Of a stretch of DNA of 64,000 nucleotides, positions 10,921-25,202 are shown in pieces. Below the pieces are notes generated by a model. That model saw only the letters and a list, made by a program, of their open reading frames with translations, searched no databases and was not told the DNA's origin. The DNA comes from Octopus bimaculoides (taxonomy: Eukaryota). Each line of letters starts with the position of its first letter. Position 1 is the stretch's first letter. The position numbers were made by a program, and so were the translations under genes. Location: contig NC_068992.1 of assembly GCF_001194135.2 (NCBI RefSeq), positions 5,290,230-5,354,229 on the forward strand, read 5' to 3'.

Positions 10921-13900
10921 CCTTTCCCTCTTCCTCTTCTTCACCCTACTCCTCATTTACATTTTATATTTGTTCTTCACGATGTCGTTGGAGTTCTTAT
11001 TCTATTATTCCTTTAGTGAATAAGAGACAGTTAAATGCTATTTTCAGTAATGTACATAATGACCATATCACGCAAATTGTACAATACTAATAACAGTATG
11101 TGACAGTAGTAGAAGCACAAATACTATTTTACATCACATACGCTTTATCAACGAGAATATAGCTACCACCCTCGCCCAATAATTTGCATTTTATATCTCA
11201 TGTAACACCGCAAAATATGAATTCGTGAAAATGATTGAGGAAGACATCAAATAAATCATTCCTGTTTTGCTTCACTACATTAATGCCATTCTATACATTT
11301 TTTACATACATAAGAATTCAAACGGCATAAACTTAGCATCGAACTGATCAGAATACGCTTCAATGTTTTTCCTCTCTTAAACAATCTAACTGAAAGAATG
11401 TATACAAAACCGAAAACAATTTTGTATATCACCGAAACATATCATAGAAACATATCATTCAATAGTAATTCCTTCCTGCCTCTCATTGCTTAGATTCTCA
11501 AAAACGATGGAAATATTATGTCTCCATCTCACGTTATGAATAAAAAGATTAACAAGCAAATAAGATAATAAAAATGTTATACTCATGCTAAAATCGTATC
11601 CTTGCCAGGAAAAGATGAATATCAATCACATGAAAATATTCTTAGAGGTATGAATGATATCATTTGAGCGCAATATTTTCTTTCTTGACATAATTGAATG
11701 TTTGATTTAAATAGTCGTCCATCTCTTAAAATATATGGTAGGCATATATAATAGCATGTGACAGGGAAGAACAAACACATCATACAAAGACAATATCGCT
11801 TTATTGCAATCTTTTCGATCTTTTAATGTAAACATGAGACCACATATATAAGAAAAAAAATGAATAAATGAATTATATATTACGACAAGGAATATAACAA
11901 CAAATGAAAGAATCATTTCTTTTTATGGCATATTATTATCTTTATCAAATTATGCAATGTCGAAAGGTTGAAATTAAATCCAAAATATATGATCTCAATA
12001 CTTAAAATGTGTCCGCAGTTTTTTTTTGTTTTGTTTTTTTGTACAAAAATGACTGGTATTTTGCAATGCCGAGAAGATTCTCAAAAGTGTTATGTACAAT
12101 GAAGGGCTTATGAAGCAGTTGATTCCGATAATCACCCTCCATCTGAAGATAGAGAAAATATAACTAAAATATTGTCCTTTTAGCGATATGTAAACTGATG
12201 AGAAAACGCAACGTTAAATCTCTTCCGCACAAATACACAACTCAAGAATGTAGGAATATTCGAGATACTTTCATTCTTACGGGATGAAAACTTAGAAATT
12301 ATCTCCTGTAGACTTGTATTTACTACGTGTTACTGAAGCAAAATGAAATCTATATCCGTGATTTCTTGTTATAACTATGTTAATGATATTTTACAGTATA
12401 TAAGGCAAGCGCGCCTGAAAGACGTGTGATTAATTAACGCAAATATTTCTATTTCATGAATTTCTATAACAATTCATTGCAAACGCTCAGTTGCATTCCA
12501 TCATATTCCATCAGTCATTGACTATTCGTTGCGAACGGCTCAGCATGATACAATTTCAGTTGTTCAGCGGTACACTGAAAATTGCAAACAAATCTGCTTC
12601 AAATTTCATCCAATGTTATTATAGGCAAAGAAAAGGAAACCTCTGATTGTTACAATAATTAAATCATAATTATAGATTTCTGGATTAGGACTTAACTGAA
12701 ACACAAAGCGCATAAATATTAGTTCAAATTGAAAAAAAAAATTTAAATGATATATGACTTTCTTTAGTTAAATTTTCTACATGATAAATTTATCTCATTG
12801 ATATTGTCTTAAGATATTTAGAGTTGCTTTTAGCCAAACAAAATTAATGTTTTATTTGATTGTAAGTGAGAAAGATGTATTTTTCTATTCCCTGTTGCTA
12901 GAAAATTATGTGTGTTATTTATTAAATTTGTTTTATAGTGGTTGTATTCCAATATAAATCTCAATCCAAAAGTAACTTTATTTAGATAACGGCAACACTT
13001 GTCTGGCTCGAAATAGTATTTTTCATTTTCCATAGAATTCTCAAAACAAGGTTAACATTGTTATTGAAACGACAACTACCAACTATAGAAAATAAACGTG
13101 TAAGGCAGCGTAATATTTGCTTATACATTCTATTTGGAAACTACACTGAATCTTGTTCGCTAATTTGCCTGTATTTCGCAAGAAAGCTCTTTGCAATCCA
13201 CATGTTTGCTGAAGCAATCATTCACAAATTCATGCGCGCAAAATAAATCATTCCTTCAGACTAGAAGACGTATTATTATACAGTTGTATGGACAGAACTA
13301 GATTGGTGTTACAATGTATGTTGTGCATGGAGGAAAACCAAACTTAATAAACAAGACATATTATACGTGTAGAATTTAACCATGTTACAAATAATTACTT
13401 TGCGAAGAATATAGAAAAAAGAGAGACAGAATACAAACATTTCAAGTTTAAGATGAATGCAAGTTAGAGAATGAAAAACTAGGATATATTGATATATACA
13501 TGACAGTGTCCGGATCCATTCAGGCAAGATGTACATATATCGTAGATAGGTAAAATTAATGTATTTATAAATTCGTTATTAGACGAGGTGTATTCATAGA
13601 AAGTAAAGATTTTGACCTCTGAATAAAGAACTAAATAAAAATAATCATACAAGTTTTAAGGGAAGAAAGAAAATAACTTGTCAATAAACATATGTGTATG
13701 TATGTAATCATTATTTAAACCTAATGAACATTTTATTTTGAGAGGTGTATAAATCATGCATATATTTATACTTTTATGTACGTATAAATGAAGGATTTTG
13801 TATCGAAATGCTGTTTTACACATTCTAATGTAATGTTGAAAATAAGCGTTGGACTATGAAGTTTGAAGAAGATGAAGCACAGCTGCTTCGAGCTTAGCAA

Positions 13901-14145
13901 CTATCTTGTGTTTTCCCAACGATGATCTTAATAACAAAAGCATACTTTGTTGAAGTGGATATACCTCCATATCTTATCGCTATATCAACTATCAGATTCC
14001 ACCAAAGTAAAAATTGTTGATTCTATAATCCGCAAAAGTACCGACTCGTATATCGTATTTCGTTGAATATTTCTTATGATATTATCTTTATTTACATAGA
14101 TATGTTATCGGGTTACACAGTAATGTGGCAATATAAGGTCTGCTC

Positions 14146-14350
14146 AGGCGGCGAGCTGGCAGAAACGTTAGCACACCGGGCGAAATGCTTAGTGGTATTT
14201 CTTCTGTCTTTCCGTTGTGAGATCAAATCCCGTCGATGTCGGCTTTCGGGGGCGATAAATGAAGCACCACTTGCATACTGGGGTCGATCTTATCGACTGC
14301 TCCCTCTCCCAAAATCTTTTGTTTCTTGTGCCCAGAGTAGATAATAATAA
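14146..14350 (+). mobile_element. SINE family A, near full length
   Basis: AGGCGGCGAGCTGGCAGAAACGTTAGCACACCGGGCGAAATGCTTAG...CTGGGGTCGATCTTATCGACTG...CTTGTGCCCAGAGTAGATAATAATAAT; collinear with 3270-3454. Confidence 0.85.
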
Positions 14351-15029
14351 TATAAAGAATGCTTATGATGAGTAGGATTATACCTTAATGCACATGTTGT
14401 ATATGTGCAAAAAATATTGCATTTCATATTAAATTTATTGCTGCAATTGTTCAGTAGATAGATCTGATAAATCTATTATAGAAGTTTTACATGACTTCTT
14501 TTCTCATAGAAGAGAGGTGGTTGGATTTTTATGTAAAGTAGATTTACATGACATCAAGATGTCCTTCGCTTTGGCTGAATGCAATTCGAGAAAGTATAAT
14601 GTGGTTCGTTTGGAAATTGGCAATATCTTGGTGATAAAGCAACAGAAGGGCTTGGGTCATGAAAGCAGAACTGTAATTTGATTGACGTCAATATGTCATG
14701 AGGAGTCTTCAAATCAAAGTTATGACTTCATAGATTTACAGTACTAAAATTTGGTATTGGCAAAATTCTTCATAGTATCGGATGGAGATATAGATGAGAA
14801 GTGTTACTGCGGGCTTTATTGGAATGGTACCAAATAGATAAATTTTAATTAATAACCACTTAAATGGTATCATCTTGTCACAAAAATGTCAAATGTATTT
14901 CAGTGATGGAGTTTAAGATGTCTTCGAATCGCACGTGAGCAAGGAAGTACATATATAATAAATATAGAAAGGAATAGATCAGCATCTACGTTCGTGCATG
15001 TGTTAATAATGTATAACATTATTGTTTTA

Positions 15030-15690
15030 TTTTTTATTCTTTCACATGTTTCACTTGTTTGACAGCGACCATACTGGAGCACCGCCTTGGGGTGTTTTAG
15101 ACGAACAAATCGACGCCGGGATTTATTTTTGAAGCAACTACTTATTCAGTTGGCACTTTGCCGAGACGCTATGTTACGGGGACGTAAATACACCAAAACC
15201 GATTTCCAAGTGGCAATGGTGGATAACCACAAGCTTAATGACAGACACACACACACACACACACGCACACATGATTCCCCTATAAAAATTTATGTACTGA
15301 ATGTTATACAGAGGTTAACGGAAATAACGAGAACCGGAACGTGAAACTCTGGGTGACAAATTTTCGGGATACTTATGCGATGCTTTTGCAAATTTAATAA
15401 TAATAAAGTATACAAACACAGANNNNNNNNNNNNNNNNNNNNNNNNNNNNNNNNNNNNNNNNNNNNNNNNNNNNNNNNNNNNNNNNNNNNNNNNNNNNNN
15501 NNNNNNNNNNNNNNNNNNNNNNNNTATATATATATATATGATGGGCCTCTTTCAGTATCTGTCCACCAAATCCATCCATAAATCTTTGTTCAGCGCGAGA
15601 GTATAGGGGGATACACTTGCCCAAGTTGCCACGCAAGAGGACTGAACGCAGAAGCATGTGGTTTGGAAGCAAGCTTCCAGCATAAAGAAG
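15030..15690 (-). mobile_element. SINE family B (OR-like CORE-type) spanning a gap; tail 15030-15270, head/core 15535-15690
   Basis: Both parts align with the more intact copy at 45082-45525 (plus strand CTGGAGCACCGCCTT...AAATCGAC; ACTTGCCCAAGTTGCCACGCA...CATGTGGTTTGGAAGCAAGCT). That they belong to one insertion is inferred. Confidence 0.68.
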
Positions 15691-16809
15691 TTTAGGCACA
15701 TAATGTTATACAAGAATACTGATTCTCAAAATGTTCAAGCAAACGTATTAGTAGCAACGGAAAAGGCAAATATTTCATAGTTAACAATCTCTGTGTCTCT
15801 CTGTCTCTCTGTATGTCTCTCTGTATCTCTCTCTCTATCTCTCTCTCTCTCTCTCTCCCTCCTTATATATAAATGTTAAACATCATATGTATCTTACTCA
15901 GATTTAAATGTATCAGGATCTGCTGCCGCTTTCTTGTTTTTTGAAAATTGCAAAAATATATTAAGGTTGTGTCATACAATCGAGGACTTGGGTCGCAGGA
16001 TTGCAACCGAGTAGAAATAAACAGAGGAAACGTTGGTGTCTGTTAAAGATAGCAACATCTTCAGTCGCTTCGACAAGAAAATAAGAAAACCAACAGGCGC
16101 TGTGGCAGCCTTTTGTATACTTTATGTTTCAGTCATTTCACTCATAAGTGTTTTGTTGACTGGGAGTAATTTAAAATAGTCATTATCAATATTTGCAGTG
16201 AATGCTTTTAAATTGCTTAACTATGCTATCTGTAACTTATAAGTATATGCTTTTCTCTACTCTTATTTCCTATTAGTACTCTAAAATTTTTGCTTAATTA
16301 TCTTATTAAAATTGACATCACCCACTCCAAATATGTAATTTCAATTAAAGGAAAATATTCACGTATAGGAACAATATTACAATTGTCTAAAGACTTAGAA
16401 TTGGAAATGTTTTTTTTCTGGTGAGAAGAAAAGAGAAATATCAGCAGTAATATACAGGCGTAGGTGTATATTTGTGAGTTAATCTACACTAATCAATAGC
16501 GTAATACTAAACCTGTTAAATAGTTAACACATTGACACGTTGGTAAGGTGTATAAATTCTGAGGCAATAGAACGTCTGATGTTTCTTTGGATTGATTTTT
16601 CAGGTTTCTCATTTACTGTTGACGCAACAAGAAATTATTTACACAAATAATAATTCTCGTTTTAAAATATTCTATTCAAAACGACGAAAGAAGCCCTACT
16701 GTAGAGCACATTCATTTAGCACATTTTTTTTAATGCTGAAGCAATTACTCCCCATGTATGTATTTAATATGCATTTTCACGCAAAATACTGCTTATCTTT
16801 ATAACTCCT

Positions 16810-17005
16810 TATTAATAGTAGTTACAAATTTTGGCACAGGGCCAAATCTATGAAATCGATTCCGGTATTTAACTAGGAGTTATTTTATTGACACAAGGTA
16901 TAAAAGGCAAAGCCGATCCTGGCGGAATTTGAACATAAAGACGGATGCACTGACGCAAATTATCTTGCAGGACGTGCTATCCATTCTGCCAACATTCTGC
17001 CTTAT
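16810..17005 (-). mobile_element. Degenerate SINE family A copy
   Basis: AAAGGCAAAGCCGATCCTGGCGGAATTTGAAC...GTGCTATCCATTCTGCCA is the reverse complement of the head and central domain. Confidence 0.6.
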
Positions 17006-17024
17006 CTTCCTACTAAAACTGGTT

Positions 17025-17190
17025 TCAAATTTTGGCACAATATTAACAGATTTGTGGAAGGACAAATCAATTACGGTACTAGTACTTAGGCGAAGTCGAC
17101 CTCGGCAGAATTTGATTTCATATGGTAAGGGGGGACAAAATGTCGCCACAACATTTTTCTGGGCGCGCTACCGGTTGTAGCAGCTTATAT
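17025..17190 (-). mobile_element. Second degenerate SINE family A copy, adjacent
   Basis: GGCGAAGTCGACCTCGGCAGAATTTGA...GGGCGCGCTACCGGTTGT matches the reverse complement of the family. Confidence 0.5.
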
Positions 17191-18039
17191 TCATACTAAT
17201 ATTAACGAAATCAAATGCCATGTTTTGGATTATAACCAGATATATTCAGCCAGGATCTGAATAAGTTTCAAGTTTTGTACTTGTTGATTTTATTCTAATC
17301 AGGTTTATAACCAGACATTAAAATAGGCAATTCAATACCCACATAGTATATATTTCCATGATACCCATTGTTTTATTCCTTCGTTTCGTTATTTATATTA
17401 ATTTAATGCAGCTATTTCTAACACGGTCAGTAATTTGTTGGGACATCCAGAGTAGGGAGCGAGAACAATCTTTTCATTTTTGACCCTACTGATAAAACCC
17501 AAAGCATTGTCTATAGGGAAGATTTTACCATGGAATCAAGAAACTAAAATTTGCAGAATGATTAATAAAATTGAAGTGATATTGTCAACGTCACACTATA
17601 TTCGTCTAAGAAAAACTATTTGTATGTTTACTTGTTATAATACTTAGGTTCAATAAATTATATCACATATATTTTTAGTTTTTCCTGAACTTTTATTTGC
17701 TTATCTTGTAATAGACATAAGCCAATGTTTGTGCGATGTTTGCTTCATTTATACACTGAAATACTATAGGCCATAGATCAGAGGTTTTTATGCAGCCATC
17801 ATAATTTTGGCCAGAAGGAAACAACTTTATAGTCTGCATGAAAATTAACAACCATTTCTTATATATGTTCCATAAAATTTAAGTGATTAACTTACAATAT
17901 TCATAATACAACTTTGGTAGCATCTTTCAACCCAGTCAATGAGAGGTGTTTCTGCTAGTATCTACTATAATAATACCCCTGTGTATTTCTCCGTCACAAC
18001 ATATGAATGAGAAAGGAAGGAGTGATAGATGATCGAGGA

Positions 18040-18812
18040 AGGAAAGGGTGATGATGGACGTGGCCGAAAAAGAAGTGTGCGGACACTTCAGCTTACGAGA
18101 AGAAAAGATACGGAATGAGAAATGTGGCTGCTACAGCAAAATTAAGCCTAACATCGATGCATCGAGCCCTGAGATCAAACAAGTTTATAAGGACATGAGA
18201 CTGGCGAGAAGTCGTCTTATCCTGCGTCAGGTTGCTAAAGGCACGCTGCCCAAACTGGTGTACAGTGATGGATAGAAATTTGACATCCAATAAATAGTAA
18301 CCGATCAGAATGACCGACTTTGGTGTGCATCTGGCTCCGTCGAAGGTAGACTCGCAAATCAACGTCAAAATATACAGTTACTCATGATTTGGGTGGCTGT
18401 GACAGCCAGTGGAAGGTCTGCCCTCGTTGTTTGTATTATTGGATGTTAAAATTAGCATCAAGTGAAACATTACCGACGTTCCGGAAGCTGAACTGCTTCT
18501 ATGGCCGAATAAGCGCTTGGAGCCTCTAACTGGACTCGGCACCATCCCATGGCTCCAAAGAGGCACTACTGGATTCAGAAAAAATATACCATCGTTCATA
18601 GTTAAGGATGCATAGCCCTCAAGAATTGCCAATCTCAAGCCGTTGGATTTTTTCAGTTTGTTCCATTCGGTAGAGAATGGTCTCGAGCACTATTTATGCT
18701 TCGTTGGTCATTCCGAAGGCAGAACTGCGCAAGTAATAGGCTTCGATTCTACAAGAACAGCTGCGTACCGCGCATGAAACACGTGATTCGGGAAAAGATG
18801 GTTCGAATGAAT
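18040..18812 (+). mobile_element. Decayed maT-like (DD37D-type) transposase, different family from 6410
   Basis: Fragments DDGRGRKRSVRT, LVYSDG*KFDIQ*IVTDQNDRLW, LMIWVAVTASGRSALVV, DSAPSHGSK, YWIQKNIPSFI and LKPLDF, with several stops and frameshifts. Confidence 0.8.
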
Positions 18813-19802
18813 CTGGTAATGTCATAATTGTGTGTATTTTATCGTAGCATTACAATGCTAGGGCCCTAAATATAACAATACTTTGCTTAACATCTCCATT
18901 AACATGCAGATTCAATGGATAATCAGAGATTTATGAGTTTCTGCTCATATGTACCCCTTCAGATAAAGCGTACGATATTTCAAGCTTAAGTCACTAAATT
19001 TTTGCGAGCGCAAATGGATCCAGACGGAGGGTATATTCATAATGATTTATACAACAAATAGGTCACGAAAACTATCTCATATTTATCTTGAACCATTCTC
19101 ATAACTGTTATGCTTCACAACACCTGACCTACTGGTTATACACCATTAGCGACGGATATAGTGGGTTTCTAGCTGCTCGTTCTCCACCAAAAATTCCTTA
19201 GCAGCTCATAAATATACAGTTATTAATTGAGTCATCTGCATGCGTGAATGATGATAGAAGCCGTTGCGAAGCAGATGAAAGGTATTCACTTTGTGTTTTA
19301 TTTTCCTTTAATACATTATTTTAAATTCTGCGTTCAAATCTCGCCTACGTTTAATTTAACTTACATAAAAGTCAATAAAATACGTAGTAGTGACGCACTC
19401 GTATCGATTTAATACATCGTACACCCTCCATCTATAAATGTGTGGCCTTCTGCCAAGCACAGAAATTAATATAAGGACTCATTTATATTTTTGTTTTATC
19501 TTATTTCTCTTTGTGCCATGAGATTCTCTGAAAAAGCCATCAGGCCATAAACAGCCACTGAAAGAGTAAAGACTTAACTTGAAAGAGATTTCATTTTACA
19601 GTAATTTCAGCTAATCAATCATTTTGTCATAAAAGTGAGAAATTAAATGTTACAAACTGTTAATGACCGTTCTTTCTGGATGGAATCACTAGTGATGCAT
19701 AACAATGATTTACAACGTTCCCTTGCTTCTCTCACTCTGCACACCCTGTAACACAACGTATTCTCTCTTTGTTTATATTGATCTTTCACCACAATATATC
19801 TT

Positions 19803-19838
<36 letters not shown>

Positions 19839-20287
19839 CGTTATCTATATCTAAATACACCTATCATTTCATTACATTATCACACGCGCACACNNNNNNN
19901 NNNTATATCTAAATACACCTATCATTTCATTACATTATCACACGCGCACACACACACAAAAATGCACATATAAGAGTGTACCTTTGTATATATGTAAGCC
20001 ATGTGTACATACATAGGTGTCTATAGGTGTCTATGTGTATGGAGTAATAAATTTCTTTTACACGAATTTTTCCTTCCACTCTTTTCATTGTATTTTCAGT
20101 CTTTCACTATTCAATCACTCAGACGTTCAGGCACGCACTATCTCATCCACACACCTGCTTAAATACACACTCATACACACAGAGCGATAAGCAGAAGCGC
20201 GCACATAGAGATAGTGAGATAAGACATATAGAGGTAGTGAGATAATATGATCGATAAGCAGACACATTAAACGTTAGACACCGTCAG

Positions 20288-20322
<35 letters not shown>

Positions 20323-20403
20323 CACACACATATATNNNNNNNNNNNNNNNNNNNNNNNNNNNNNNNNNNNNNNNNNNNNNNNNNNNNNNNNNNNNNNNNN
20401 NNN

Positions 20404-20443
<40 letters not shown>

Positions 20444-20950
20444 GTATATGTATATAGATAGATAGATAGATACATAGATAGATACATAGATAGATAAATA
20501 AATAAATAGGTAGGTAGGTAGGTATATTGCTAGATAGGTAGATATATAGGTAGATATATCGGTAATATCTTTAACACACCTTTTCTTTCCACCTTTACTT
20601 ATGTAATTTTTAAAGGAATATTTCAAAACCTATTCATACCAGTCAAACACACTTCCACCTCTTATATTTTACTTAATCAATAAAATATTTTCCTTTTTTG
20701 GTAACAGTTTTTCAGCCTGCACCGTTCTAACTATTTATCTCTTACAATTTGATATATCCTTAAGGGATATATCTCTTCTTCCTACTAAGCTCATGGTAAT
20801 AGTCTGCAATTAAGGAATATTAATTGCAAAATCAAAATATTTCGACAATAAATATTGAAACTAAAGTAATTATTTAATGAAATATCGGCGAGAGGAGAAA
20901 CTTGCTATATTTCTTTTATTTCTTTTTGAGAGTAGGGTTATTATGTCACA

Positions 20951-20989
<39 letters not shown>

Positions 20990-21029
20990 TGTATTTATAT
21001 ATGTACATATATGATCGATAGACATATAA

Positions 21030-21060
<31 letters not shown>

Positions 21061-22240
21061 ATATAATTGTTTTTTGCTATGAATGCCAAGAAAGATTTTA
21101 CAACGTCGGTCAAATAAATTCAAACTTTTGCCCTATTATTGCTATGGAAGTTATATATTTCAGCTCGTGTCTGTGATGTGTGTATTTCTGAATGTGTACC
21201 TGCAATTGTTGGATTGTTATTTGTGCGTATAAAAGCGCGTGTGCGAGCAGGTGTGTTTTCGCGATTGTGCTGTTCTTTGCGATCGATAGTGTACATGGGA
21301 TATTGTATAAGTACACGATGCTAAGTCTAATCCCTCTACTCCGTATAAATGAGTATTGGTCTGCATGACACTTTTAAATAAATATCGCGTGCATATACGC
21401 CGACTGCTTCACGTATAGTTAAACTGTGCATTAATCTCATACGCAAAAATAAATATTTCACCAGAGCCAAATAAAAACCAAGGAGTCGGATATTTCGAGA
21501 CATATGCATTCTAAGTCTGCCATATCTTTTTTTCTTTTTCTTTTTATTTTTTGTGATTCTGAGACTCTAACATTGTAGGGTTTATTCCATCATTGATTTC
21601 AAGTTAAATTTCGTGAAGCCGGATCATATTTGTTAATTACATTATTGCTGTTCCTAGAGAACTATGGTTGGGATGATTACATAATATATCGGCAAAGTTA
21701 TTGAAGAATTTATTTGCGTCATTCGTTGCATTTCTGTTTAAGCTGGATTTATTTATCTGGTTATAGGGTAAGAGATAAAAACTTCCTTGCGATTCCTTAT
21801 AGCGAAAAACTTAACACGCTTGAATAAATATTCAATACTGTTTCTTAATTGAGTATGTAGCTGTGCTTTGGTGTGAAGTACGGCATGATATGAATTAATA
21901 TAACGCATTTTATACTTGTTTTAGGTGACCATACAAACATAGATGCAATGAGATATTCTCCATCTTCTACTTTTCCCGCTAGCAGAATATATATTCTGTA
22001 AATAATTCAGCGAGACAAAAAGACAGTCGTTCGCAGGAAGTTGATATATTATGTATGGAATTGTAATAGACAGAAGGCAAAATATATCCCCGAGTGATTT
22101 AACACGAGACGGTATATATCCTGAACACACATAAACGATAAGTATTGTATTCGCTGCTCTAACGATTCAGCCAATACATCTGATATGATTTAGGATTTAG
22201 AGTAATACAAAGAAATATGCATTGAAAATATCAAGCATAA

Positions 22241-22281
<41 letters not shown>

Positions 22282-23556
22282 NNNNNNNNNNNNNNNNNNN
22301 NNNNNNNNNNNNNNNNNNNNNNNNNNNNNNNNNNNNNNNNNNNNNNNNNNNNNNNNNNNNNNNNNNNNNNNNNNNNNNNNNNNNNNNNNNNNNNNNNNNN
22401 NNNNNNNNNNNNNNNNNNNNNNNNNNNNNNNNNNNNNNNNNNNNNNNNNNNNNNNNNNNNNNNNNNNNNNNNNNNNNNNNNNNNNNNNNNNNNNNNNNNN
22501 NNNNNNNNNNNNNNNNNNNNNNNNNNNNNNNNNNNNNNNNNNNNNNNNNNNNNNNNNNNNNNNNNNNNNNNNNNNNNNNNNNNNNNNNNNNNNNNNNNNT
22601 ATATATATACATATACATATATATGTATACATACATATGTATATAGATGTATATATGCATTTATCTATATTTATATATATATATATATATCTGCTTCGAA
22701 AGATATCCACTGAATAATACCTGAATCGAGATCTAATTATTCTTAACGCTGAAAGAAACAGATGGGGGCCTTAAGCTGACATGATATCTATTCCTTTTAG
22801 CTATGTCAAATGAAGCAATTGGCAAAGACGTTTCTTCCTAGTTTGTAACATTCCTATAATTATAGATAAATATTAATTTTTATTCGATCTTTTAAATTTT
22901 CCGTGTCAACAATTTTCACACAACTATTTATTTGCCCCTAACACACATACGCGAATGAAGGAACCCTCACAATTGCCCTCATAACAAATACCCTTATAAA
23001 AGCTCAAATAACATACGTAAACGAGATACGCAGCAGCAGATTGCTTTTGTTTATTATCCAGATCTAACATATATAGATATATGTATATTATTTTTGTGCG
23101 CTTTATTCACTAATCGATAAAATAGTCCCTCGGCAAGCAATACGTGTCTGGTTGTCAGCACGTCCGTGAGTCTTTCTGTTGATCTGATAACCACATCTCA
23201 TTTTATGTACACGTATCAGTAGGTCAAATTAAATTTACCAAATTAAATTGCAAGATTATAATCTCAATACTACTGGTCATAGTGGATAGCATCCAATTAA
23301 AATATGTACAAACATTTATTTGGAATTAAACAATGCTTTTTTTCAACAGGTATCTTCAAACTTCCGCTTACTACGATACTTAAACTGTTCTATTACTACA
23401 ATCACTAGAGCGATATTCTACATATCTATCAAGTGGTGAGTTGAGATAATACGTCTTGACGATAAGGAATATCGCATTTCAGAGCTTCTTTTTTTTTTGC
23501 GTGTGAACACAATTTCTGGACACGATCAGTTGGTAGCAAGCATCTCTCTCTTTCTG

Positions 23557-23599
<43 letters not shown>

Positions 23600-24594
23600 C
23601 TCTCTCTCTCCTTCTGATTCCCTCCAATGCGTTCTCATTCTCTCTTCCCATCTTATTTTCTCTCTCTCTCAGAAGTTTTATCCACCTATAAGAATTTGAT
23701 AGTGTTTTATTTGCCTGCACATAATACCATCAGTTTTGTAAGCATATTTCTTTACAATGCTACATCTGTTGTCTTAGATATTGCATTAAATTTTATTGAC
23801 TTTTAAGCAACGACTAAAATAGGTAATATCATCTCAATTGCCGTGTGAAAAGAGTAACAAAAACTGCCAACAGGTATTTATGCAATGTTAATTGCATAAG
23901 TGAACTTTATATGGAAGGAATGTGTGGAATGAAATTTGAATATTCATTATATATTTACATTAAACTGACTTCATCCAAATGGCCAAGACTCATACATCAG
24001 TCTACAAAATTTATATTACCTTACATCCTGCAATTTAGTCTCTTTAACACCTGAGGCTAATTTTGAGTTATCAGTTCCAAGAAGAAATTTAAATAGCTTG
24101 GAAATTATTTTCTTCACAGCATCTTCTCAAAATTCATCTCCATAATATCTTCTTACAAGATAGATATCTGAGAGTTTGTACACCTTTGGCTAGAAAACGT
24201 CAATGCATGTCATTCACTGGTCTATGAGCTTTATCTCTGCGGTTGTATCTCCTTAATAGAACTCATACCACTTCATTTAGACACCGATTGAAATTCAAGT
24301 TCTGATCACATTTCTAACAATAAAATTGGGCATAAATTTGTGACGACTGCACAAATATATGTGAAGGAAAGAGGCCATAAAATTGGTTGAAAGACAAGTA
24401 TGAGAATGAACGTTACGACCGAAAGAGAGAATTATGTTGGCAGCGTCCTTCAAGTATATTGAGGAATAAACAGAATTACTTCTGTGATGTAAGCATTAAA
24501 AATAATGACTTAATGAAATCAATCAACATATACATATGTCGATCAAAAGTCCTACCCGGATCATACGCACATGAGGCAGGTTTTACGATTGTAT

Positions 24595-24770
24595 GGTTAT
24601 GTATTTGTCCCTGGATGGGACACCGTTCTATTGCAGGATTGATAATTCTGCCACCTGGATGGGCTGAGGTAACGAGATATGGAAACTCTTGCTTAACAAT
24701 CAACACATCGCCATGTCCAAATATCGAAAGCACGATATTGCGATCATGAGGGCAATACACGTATCACCTC
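24595..24770 (-). mobile_element. Degenerate tRNA-derived SINE, possibly a third family
   Basis: CCCTGGATGGGACACCGTTCTATTGCAGG...CTTGCTTAACAATCAACAC...ATCGAAAGCACGATATTGCGATCATGAG resembles the reverse complement of V/CORE-like SINE heads; from memory only. Confidence 0.42.
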
Positions 24771-25101
24771 CACTACATATCTTCCTAACTGCGCGCGTAC
24801 ACATACTCGCATACCGATGTACATTTCCATATTCATCTGTACATGAAATATACATACTTGTAGAAGAACATTTAGATATGAATACCAGATACGCATAGGT
24901 GAACCTGTGCTGAAACATACACTCAGACACACTTGCGCGAACGCACACACACACACACACACAAACAAAAAAATACACTCTCATAAAATATATCTTTACC
25001 AACTTGTATTCTGCAACAGCGGCGATCATACACGTATTTGATAATAAGACTTCATTAAAATTGTTGTTAAAGATTTCACACACGCACGCACACGCATGCG
25101 T

Positions 25102-25132
<31 letters not shown>

Positions 25133-25134
25133 TG

Positions 25135-25202
<68 letters not shown>

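Noticed and set aside
13860-13900. TGAAGAAGAT-GAAGCA-cagc-TGCTTC-GAGCT, a vaguely hammerhead-like hairpin
   Set aside because: Core nucleotides (CUGA, GAAA) are absent and no stem I is found.
21224-21245. TATAAAAG TATA-box-like motif
   Set aside because: No downstream gene or initiator evidence; such motifs are common by chance in AT-rich DNA.
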